Assembly: GCA_020536535.1 (NCBI GenBank)
Contig: JAHLWZ010000938.1
Location: forward strand, 1 to 40,756
From: Pelomyxa schiedti
Taxonomy: Eukaryota > Protista > Evosea
DNA: 40,756 nucleotides
Reading direction: 5' to 3'
The position numbers were made by a program, and so were the translations under genes. Position 1 is the first letter of the stretch. Every line of letters starts with the position of its first letter. This document shows positions 21,378-30,622 of this stretch, one piece after another. The notes below the pieces were generated by a model. The model made no database searches, was not told the DNA's origin, and saw nothing but the letters and a program-made list of their open reading frames with translations.

Positions 21378-22952
21378 TCAGGCCTTGTTGCCACCAGAGA
21401 GTGGGAAAGAGTGCGTATGTATCAGGATTGAGATAGGCCTGAAAAATAGCAAAGTGATGACATGATCACCAGAGAACTCCTCTGTCACGTGCATTTCTTT
21501 CATGGATTCACTCATTTGGAACAGAAATCCTCCTTCCACAAAGGCAGCTTTTTGGGCGTCTCTTCCGGACATTGTGCAACTGGGCAAGTAATTCCCGATC
21601 CTCACTGGCTTTCTGGGGTTGTTTACATCCCACACTTCGTACTTATGCTTGTGAAACCCAAAAACACAGTACTCTGACTGGCTCACTGGTGATACAGATG
21701 GGAATTCTGCTTGTAGGCTTTTTTGGGTCAGTTGCAGGCGCCCAGTTCCTTCCTCAATGATAATGACAGAAGCTTGGTTGAACAAAGGCTGATGAGCCAT
21801 TGCTGTGATAAATGAGTGAGTACCACAGTGTTTTGTCAACACAGAGTAGTTTAGACCTATCAAGGGCGCACAGTGATAGGGGTTGAGGTCTCGCCATTGA
21901 GGAGCAGTTGAACTCAACACAACCAGTTTTTTCAGAGAATAGGTTTGTGCAATGTCCACGAGCACCAACTGTAAAAAATTCGCAAAAACACGAGAGAAGC
22001 ATAGCAAGAGACGGTCCTCACATGTGTGGTCCCACTGAGGGGAGCATCGGCCATTGCCGAGTGGCACCACAACAGCCAGAGCACCTGTAGAACAGAGTCT
22101 TTGACACTTTGGAGCCAATGGGAGCCTAACAACCGACAGCTCGCTCCTAGACGTGGACTGGCCACAGAACACAAACCACTTCCCGTTGACGAGGCACGAT
22201 CCGTTCCAGCAGTCCCTCACCGGCAGCCGCGTCCTCTCCCCGGTCGATGTGTCCTGGACGTAGAAGCAGCGGCGCGACCTGGCCACGACGCTGTGCTGGT
22301 TGGAACCCACCAGCTGCTGCCACGCCCTCGCGCGCGCCCACCACCTCAGCCCGTGCGTCAGTGTCAGCAGCACTGTTGACACCCCGAAGTCGCACAGCAG
22401 GGAGCACCCGGGGTGCACGTGCCACTGCAGATAGAAGAACCTCGACCGGCACCACAGCCACGACCACACCAGCCTCACAACCAAAATCCCATAATCCCCC
22501 CCGCTGCCGCTGCTGGCATTGGCCAGTGGGCACGCGGCGCCGCACCTGGGGTGCGTGCCCATCGCGAGAGCCCCAACTTGGTCCCTCATCATCATCACCA
22601 TCGGCGGTCTCCGGGTCGTCGGAGTCTCTGCTGCCGTCGTGGTTTGCCTGGTGGTGCCGACCGGGGCAGTTGCCGATGACGTCACGGTTGTGTGGGGAGC
22701 CACCACGACAACTCTTCCGACGCGGGCGTGGCGGCGGTCCGCCCGTTGTTGCTGCTGATTGTTATTTTGCGTTTTCGTTGTTTTTATGTTTCCGGGAATG
22801 CAAGGAAGGGGTATTGTGTGGAAACTGATGAGCGGATACTCACTCACCAATGAAAGAAAGCGATGAATTCGATTGGCAAAGGGTTTTATTATTTGCTTTT
22901 GTGCTTGTTGTTTGTCGATGTGATACAGAAAGGACTTACTCTTCTTGGGCAT
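21378..22952 (-). CDS. Array paralog H (intronless ORF; first ATG 22952, real start may be further downstream)
   Basis: HARVGRVVVVAP, MRDQVGALAMGTHPRCG, LVWSWLWCRSRFF, NGKWFV, FVEGGFLFQMSESMKEMHVTEEFSGDHVITL. Confidence 0.85.
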   Translation of the reverse strand: MPKKSKSFLYHIDKQQAQKQIIKPFANRIHRFLSLVSEYPLISFHTIPLPCIPGNIKTTKTQNNNQQQQRADRRHARVGRVVVVAPHTTVTSSATAPVGTTRQTTTAAETPTTRRPPMVMMMRDQVGALAMGTHPRCGAACPLANASSGSGGDYGILVVRLVWSWLWCRSRFFYLQWHVHPGCSLLCDFGVSTVLLTLTHGLRWWARARAWQQLVGSNQHSVVARSRRCFYVQDTSTGERTRLPVRDCWNGSCLVNGKWFVFCGQSTSRSELSVVRLPLAPKCQRLCSTGALAVVVPLGNGRCSPQWDHTCEDRLLLCFSRVFANFLQLVLVDIAQTYSLKKLVVLSSTAPQWRDLNPYHCAPLIGLNYSVLTKHCGTHSFITAMAHQPLFNQASVIIIEEGTGRLQLTQKSLQAEFPSVSPVSQSEYCVFGFHKHKYEVWDVNNPRKPVRIGNYLPSCTMSGRDAQKAAFVEGGFLFQMSESMKEMHVTEEFSGDHVITLLFFRPISILIHTHSFPLSGGNKA

Positions 22953-22960
22953 GGTGAGCT

Positions 22961-24089
22961 TCAGGTAAAACCAGTGACAGAGAAGCACAGGATGCTGTCG
23001 GGAAAACTGATGGTTCCAATAAGCCCACCATGGGGATCTGTGACATCTATCTTCCTGTCGAATTCTCTGTGAAAGAGGAATCCTGATTCAGCTGTAACCC
23101 CTGCGATGCTTGGCCTGCCGGGAACTACCCTCAGTGGCGCTGCAGTGTTGTTGCAGTCCCACAATTCGGCACTGGAATTGCTCTTGCAGATGCAAAACGT
23201 GGAGGAGCTAAGCTTGGACACCCTGTATGTCACTGTGGATATTGACCTTGGTGGTGCACACCCACCCTCGCATAACTCAAACACAGTCCCAGAAGAATAG
23301 CCCGATGCCACTTCCACATACACAACACGTTCACCACTGCACCTCCTCATCACAACTGCTGATGAAAACCTGCTCCAAGCCGGGAGCACCCACCTGGTCA
23401 TGTGCATAACCCCAAGCTCCCGAGTTCTGTATGTTTCACACAAGTCAACCTGCACAAGAATCAGCGTGTCACCACTGCCGTTGAACACGAACATGACGTG
23501 ATCAGCCTCACCACGCACGCCCTGCACGATTCCTGCACAGGACCATGCATCCTCGGGCAGGAAATTGCCCAGCCTGACTTCGGCGTGTTCAGCCGTCAAC
23601 AAGTTGTTCATAGTCAATTCGCCGCTCCCGGTGCAATGTACCAGCCACTTTCTTCCAACATAAATCTCGGCCAATTCGTTGCCCTTGGGCATCAGAACCC
23701 TGTCAGTGCCCGTTTCGACGTGGACGAGGTCGAAGCGCGGGTCGATCAGGCGTTGGGTAGTGTCTGGTCACCACGTGGTCTGGGTCGGAGGCACCTATTC
23801 CAGTCTTGTCACGAATGCAACTTATGGGATCGGCAGGTCTCCTCGTCACCGAGTTGAGGGCACACGACAATGAGAACCTGAGGAACATTGTGCCTCCAGG
23901 CTGGCCGACGAGAACGCCAAACGACACCTCGGTGTACCTCCCGAGGCACCAGTCCCACAATGGCAACGTCGCCAGTGGCGGGAGAGACACAAAGTGACGC
24001 GCGGGGCTCGCCGCACCACACCGATTGTGGGATGCCATCACCAAAGCAAGAACCTGCTGCCGTGCGCAGTGAAGTGTCACGCTGATCAT
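22961..24089 (-). pseudogene. Array paralog I, distant subfamily, interrupted by one frameshift near 23770-23740 (pseudogene or assembly error)
   Basis: 5' frame ARQQVLALVMASHNRCGAASPAR...LWDWCL. 3' frame FDLVHVETG, GRKWLVHC, QVDLCETYRTRELGV, LWDCNNTAAPLRVV, AESGFLF, VTDPHGG. A single +1 shift joins them. Confidence 0.75.
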
Positions 24090-24165
24090 CACTCAACACC
24101 AAATCCAATCCTCCCGTTTCTGTTTTCATGATGCCAACTTGGACCACAATCAATCCCCCGCGAGG

Positions 24166-25135
24166 GACAGAGACCCCAAAAGAGAAGAGAAGGAAAAACA
24201 AGGCACAACAAATGAAGAAGAAATGGGGTTTTTTTCCCGAAGCTGGATTGTGTTTACATATTTGACTCTATTGTGGGTGGGGGGGCCCAACGTGGCGCAG
24301 CGTTGGCGGGGGAGGAGGGCCGACCGGGGAGACCGCAACCAACCAACACTTTCACGTTGTGACTACGCTGCCCCCCCCCCCCCCCCCCCCCCCCCCGCAC
24401 CGCAATTATGGGGTCTGGAGGGTGCGGGGAGGTGACACAGCGCCCTGCTGTGGGCAGGTGAGGCCACACGTTCAAATTGCTGGAATTATTGGCGCGACGC
24501 CCGGCCGGCTCCCCCCCAACGTCAGCTGCACGCGCCGGCCCCCACGAGCAAGTCCGCATATCGGGCAGCAGCAACAGATCTGCAAGCACGCCATGATGCA
24601 GCCACATAAGATCAAGTAAGCCCCAGCTGTGTGCGTTAACATTAGTCGTAATTAAAAAAAAGGCAACAACAATACCTTTGATGAAGATGACTGATGCACA
24701 CAGTTTGCAAGTATCGTGGTCGCGAGTGTAAAACAAACTAACGACAAAGTAAAAACGCGCAGATGGCCGTCGGTATAATAGAAGAGAATAACGTGGTACC
24801 GTGAGGGTAGAGTAACGTCGTCGCTTGTGTCGTAGTTCTTGTGGTGCTTGTTGTTTCTTTTTTTTTATAAAATAAAAACAAGTCGCGGAGATCGTTTAAA
24901 AGGCGCCGAAATGAAGGGGGAAAAAATTATGGAATCTTCCCAGGTGGGAATCTTACACTGAATTGCGCAGTTGCAACCTCGAAATCTGTTGTCCAATCAT
25001 ACGGCAACCTGAGAATGGATGCCCAGACAGATGGCTGATCAGAGCCATTGAAGTGCAATGCCTAAGAATCGATGGCCAGAGGCGACGTAGTGGAGACATT
25101 AATGTGCAATGGAAGTAACTGTTCAAAAGTTTGTC
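24166..25135. repeat. Dispersed ~1 kb repeat, copy 2
   Basis: Colinear with 440-1380. Has an expanded C26 run (24371-24396), where copy 1 has C7. Confidence 0.95.
24472..24594 (-). CDS. Candidate 40-aa Cys-rich peptide MACLQICCCCPICGLARGGRRVQLTLGGSRPGVAPIIPAI in repeat copy 2, preceded by a 49-nt intron (24675..24627)
   Basis: Same ATG and frame as copy 1, and the intron signals are conserved. Confidence 0.25.
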   Translation of the reverse strand: MACLQICCCCPICGLARGGRRVQLTLGGSRPGVAPIIPAI

Positions 25136-25885
25136 CTTGTTGAGGGTTGGTTTATTATTATCGGGGGTGCATAAAAGTGTGCCAGCATAAACTGTTGTTG
25201 CTTATTATAATTCAAATACTGAATTGCGCAGTTGCACGAAGTATAGTATAATATCGTCCAGTACATTGGAATGCCCAGAAATAGTGTTGTTATTCAATCG
25301 TCCGTTATCGATTCCAACCAGCCAATACAGTGGCAAAAACAGAAAACGCAAAGGCTTTTACCTTTTACTTGCCATTACTGCATGATGAGCCCATCGTGGT
25401 TCCACTCGATATCCGACGGAAAACAAAAACATAGAAACAATCGCAGCTAACTCAGTGTTTCGGTCTCACGTCACCACCCTGCGGACGATCACTCGTAGTT
25501 ACCGTAATGTAACGCTTTATCAAATCCCAGTTTTGGTTTTGGCGGAGTTTGCAAACTGGCACAATCATCCAAATCTACTCCCAGGATCAACTGCGCTTTC
25601 GAATTAGAGGCATGACAACATGTTGTACGTGGGGACTGGATGGTTCATTTGGTTGCATTTTCACTTTTTTCGAATTCCGAAAAAAGGGCACCGGGGAACC
25701 CCAAGACAACACAAAAAACAAAATGATCGATGTATTTCGTTGTGGGGGGTTTGGTTTACGTACTTTGGGGCAATAATGTGAGGTGTGTGCTTTTAAACCC
25801 CACTAGAATCCACTTACTGAGGCAACAAATAAAGAAAAAGCGAACAGGAGCAAAAACAAAGCACAAGCAAACAATCGGCAACAAA

Positions 25886-26643
25886 ATGAAAACTGCTGTA
25901 GTTATCTTGATGACATTGGGATTGATGGCCGTATCTGCACAACAGGTTGGTTGTTTCCTTGAGCTCAATAAACAAACACAAGAAGAACTAACCTCAGTCA
26001 CATACATCCTTTCACAGTCGTGCACATACCAGACAGTTGGAACCAAGGGCGAAACGCTTTCATTTGATTTGTCACCAATGACATTGGCGAATGGGTGTGT
26101 GCTTGTTTATGCAATTGAATAGCGAACTGTGTTGTGAACAAAATCTTTCACTCACACTCTTTCGCACAGCAACAACTACATGATCAAGGACTCCATGGGC
26201 AGCACATTCTATGCCAATATCTGCGGGAATGCCACAGCTGGCTGCTCACCGGCCCAGGCTGTGTGCCAAAAAGGTTCCAATTCGTACTTCTATGGATGTG
26301 GTGACCTCAGCACCCAGAAGTTCGCTGATGGAGGTTTCTCCCCACCCAATATCCTTCAATTCATTGCCGATTTCGGTAACCCAAACAACAGAGAGCGGAC
26401 CATACAGTGGAGTGACAGTGCTGTACAGCGAGGGTGACTTCTGCGGTTCTATTTCTCGCAGCACAACCATTTACATTGCATGCAGCCTTAGCACTGAGGG
26501 TGAAATTTATGCTGCCGAGGAACCAGGAAGCTGCACTTATACCCTGTGTGTAGTGGTTTTCTAAAATTCCTCCACCACCCAAATCACAACTCACTCATTG
26601 CCCCACCAGATGGATGAAGAGCAAGTACGCTTGCCCTCTGTGA
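25886..26643 (+). CDS. Secreted single mannose-6-phosphate-receptor-homology (MRH/ATG27-like) domain protein, 5 exons
   Basis: Signal peptide MKTAVVILMTLGLMAVSA. MRH hallmarks FDLSPM, FYANICG, AVCQK, GVTVLYSEGDFC, RSTTIYIAC and E..SCTYTL|WMKSKYACP*. No transmembrane segment. Confidence 0.85.
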
Positions 26644-27101
26644 TCCACTTCATCCAAAACAAACCAAAACAACCTGTGTTCCACTATCATTAAATTATTG
26701 GCCTCCCACAGAACCGCCTCCTTGATGCACGAATCAAGGAAAAAAAAACCCAAAGAGAAAAAAAAAATAAAACATTATTCTGTGGGCACTCTGGTGCTTG
26801 TGGTAGTAACTGGGCAGTCTAAATTGCCCTCAAAGAGAATCTCGCTGGATTCAACGAAGAGACGGAAGATAAAAACAAAGGGGATACGGCCAGATGAGCG
26901 GATCTGCGACAGCGACACCTTCTGCGGCCAAACCAGCCACCGACATCAACGAGGTACATTTATTTATACACTACAGCTACTTACACAAACCACACTAAAC
27001 GCGGGAGTACGCCGATGTGAACGAGGGGAAAAAAACAAAAAACCAATGAAGCACACGCATTCGTGCGCGATAACAAAACCACCTGATAGATATTTGCCAA
27101 G

Positions 27102-30100
27102 ATGTCGTACGGACCTGCTCCTGAGTCTCAGGCCGCTGTAAACAAGTGGCTACAAGATCACGGCAGAAAGTACTTTTTTATTGTTATTATTCTTTGTTGT
27201 AACTTATGTGTTAGGTTCGGTTTGTTCATTGGGAACCAGTGGGTTCACCCTGAAGGTCGCTCTTACATGAAGTCTGTTGCCCCTGCTACGTTGGAAGTTT
27301 TGGCCGAAACTATGCAGGTATCTGCAAAATACTCTGGGATACGGCCTTAACCTTCTCTCCCCAGGCAACAAGGGAGGATGTGGACGTTACTGTTGTGGCA
27401 GCCAGGACTGCTTTCAATGTATTTTACCTCATTAAGTGTTGATGACTTATGCGAATAGACATGGAGCACAACGCCTGGTAGTACCCGTGCCCGAATTCTC
27501 TACAGCATTGCAAGACATCTCCAAAAGCACTTCAAGGTATTAGCTCTTTTCGCTGGACCAATGCATTTAAATTTTCCAGTTACTCTCCGTTCTTGAGGCT
27601 CTTGATAACGGCAAACCTTTTGTGGAGTCGATGAATGCGGATGTAAAGCTCCTGGTGAGACACTTTTATTATTATGCTGGTTGGGCACAACTCTGCGAAA
27701 CAGAAATGGCTGAATATGCACCCCTTGGTGTAATTGCACAGGTAACATTTTTAATGTTTTGAGGCTTGAGTCATAGTCCCCAGGTTATTCCATGGAATTT
27801 CCCCCTCATGATGCTGGCATGGAAAATTGCTCCTGCACTTGCTATGGGAAACACAGTTATACTGAAGCCAGCTTCAGCAACAAGACTCAGTGCTTTGTTG
27901 TTTGCTGAAATCGTGGCTGAGGCAGGAGTTCCCCCAGGTTTTTTGTTTTTGTTACGAATACATTGATTGACTTTCCCATAGGTGTCATCAACATCCTAAC
28001 AGGACCTGGAAGCATTGGTGGCTACCTCTGTGCCCATCCTGATGTGGATAAAGTGGCTTTTACTGGTTCTACCGAAATTGGTCAAGGACTGAGGAAATCT
28101 GTGAGTGCATCCCAATCAAAGTTCTTTCTTATTTTTTCTATACAAGATTTCTGGCTCTGGCAAAAAAATTTCCCTCGAATTGGGTGGAAAGAGCCCTGTG
28201 CTGGTGTTTGATTCTGCAGACCTGGATGCAGCTGTTGAAGGCGTTATTCAAGCAATCTTCTTCAATCAAGTACAAAACGCACTAAAAAAATCAAGTTTAT
28301 GACCTTCCAAAGGGACAAGTTTGTTGTGCTGGTTCACGTCTTTTGGTTCAAGAGTCAGTCTACACGAAGTTTATTGAAATGCTTAAATTCAGGCTGGGGA
28401 AACACCGTGTAACTGTTTCTTTGGATAAGTGCACAGATATGGGTGCCATTGTAGATGCAGAGCAGCTCAGAACAGTATATTAATACTCGCATTCATCACC
28501 TGCAAACTCTACTAGGTTCAAAGCTATATTGACATTGCCCGTGAGGAAGGTTGCACAGTATGGCAACCTGAAATTGTTGTTCCCACTTCAGGGTACTTCT
28601 TGCCTCCCACAATCATTACAAATGTACAACCTGTATCTCGATGTGTTCAGGTACTTTTCTTCTCGTTTTCTTTATGGTTTTTTAACTTCTTCACAGGAAG
28701 AGGTACTTTTACTCCCCTTCAGAATATTTTTCCTAAGTTTCTAAGATATTCGGACCTGTTCTTTGCTGCATGAGTTTCAGGGTTCCATCTGAAGCTTATG
28801 CTCTGGCCAATAATACCAAGTTTGGATTAGCGTCATCCGTGTGGTCTGAAAACATGTGTCTTCCCCAATATTACACTCGTTCATGCTCACGTTTTCAAGA
28901 AATCTTGCTCTGGAAGCCGCACACGCAATCAAGTCTGGCGTTGTGTGGGTTAATTCACATAATATTTTCGACGCTGCTGCAGGATTTGGTGGCTATGGCG
29001 AAAGTGGGTTTGGAAGAGAAGGTGGTAAAGAAGGTCTTTTCGAGTATGTGAGACCCTCATGGCAGAAACGTCCAAGACCTGACATCTCTAAGGTAAAGCT
29101 AGAAGTAAAGCCATAATAACAAAGCTTCTAATGTTGCAAGATAAGAGATGTTCGGGAATGGTCAGCGGCAACACCTGCGCTACCCCCAGCGCCCACGAGT
29201 TCGCCAATAGCCTCCACTTCTACCTCGCCAGCGAGTGGTTTGTATCCAATACCCCTTGCCACTGGCCTTATCGTACCCACAGACCATGTTGACAGGACGT
29301 GGAAAATACATATTGGAGGAAAACAGCGACGCTCAGATAGCAACCACTATTACACTGTGAAAACCCCCAAAGGTTGAAACGAATTCCGGATGGTCAACTA
29401 ACTGTTGGATCAGGAGCGATTCTTGGCCAAGTCCCAGATTGCAACCGAAAGGACATCCGAGATGCTGTTGAGGCTGCCAACCTTGCCCAAAACTCCTGGG
29501 CCAACTCTGCTCCATTTTTGAAGAGTCAAATAATGTATTACATTGCCGAAAACATGCAGTGCCGACGAGAGGGTATTACATTGAATTTTAAATTGCACCT
29601 TCGTTTAAAACATGACAGAGTTTGCGTCAAGGTTGTCAACAATGACTGGCGTTTCGATGGAAGAGGCACTTCACGAGGTTTACTTTGCGCACTTTATTGC
29701 CACGCTATTTACTTGTGGGTAGGTTGATTTGTCAATTGACAGAATGTTCTATTGGGCATCTTACACGGACAAAAACGGCGGCATCGTGCAAGAAACTCCA
29801 TGGAAAGGTTTTACTATACAAGTATGCTAACGTTGAGAAAATCGAAGTACTTACGCACCGAAGGTGAATGAGCCAGTTGGAACGATAGGCATTGTGTGCC
29901 CAAACAACAATCCACTTCTGTCATTTATATCTCTCATTGCGCCTGCAATTGCCCGTGGAAATACGATTATTGTGGTACCCTCATCACAGTTCCCCTTGTG
30001 TGCACTGGACATGTACCAGGTAACCTTTTACCCCCGCACACGGTAAGTGCGTTCCACTAACCCTCCAACAGATATTTGACACATCTGACTTGCCTCCCGG

Positions 30101-30420
30101 TGTTATCAACATCGTTACCGGAGTTGCCGATCACCTCGCCAAGGTGCTTGTTGACCACCAGAACCTTCGCGCCGTCTGGTACTTTGGTTCCGCTGAGGTA
30201 TTTTCGACCCCGTAACAACAAACAGTTCACGCAATAACCGCATCACCAGGGATCCTACCACGTTGAGTATCTTGCTGCCTCAAACATGAAGCGGACCTGG
30301 GTTTCCTACGGCCAAGTCCGCGATTGGAGTGATCGCCACCAAGGATCCGGTCATGAATTCCTACATCACGCCTGTGAAGTCAAGAACATTTGGCTCCCAG
30401 TAGGCGAAACAGCCTTCTAA
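27102..30420 (+). CDS. ALDH16: Aldehyde dehydrogenase family 16 (full ALDH domain plus a second truncated ALDH domain), ~19 introns
   Basis: [49 protein letters not shown]|GQVCCAGSR (catalytic Cys), EE|[20 protein letters not shown]. Second domain [35 protein letters not shown]; ends [13 protein letters not shown]. Confidence 0.92.
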
Positions 30421-30622
30421 AATCCCACATTCAAATCCCTATGCCCTTGCCAGAGAGAAAACAATAAACACTGGAATTTCTGCTTCATTTCGATTTTATT
30501 TCTCCCATTTGTCTCAGTGTTGTTACATTTATTTGACTGTGGTGGTATGTTTGAGTGTATGTGCTAGGTGTAGGATTTGTTGTGAGATTGATTAGTAAAT
30601 AGTTGGGTGCCTGTGCTGTTAT

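Noticed and set aside
11519-24089. CRISPR array, DGR or autonomous transposon explaining the paralog diversity
   Set aside because: No repeat-spacer periodicity, reverse transcriptase, transposase, adenine-specific TR/VR pair, TIRs or LTRs seen in the window.
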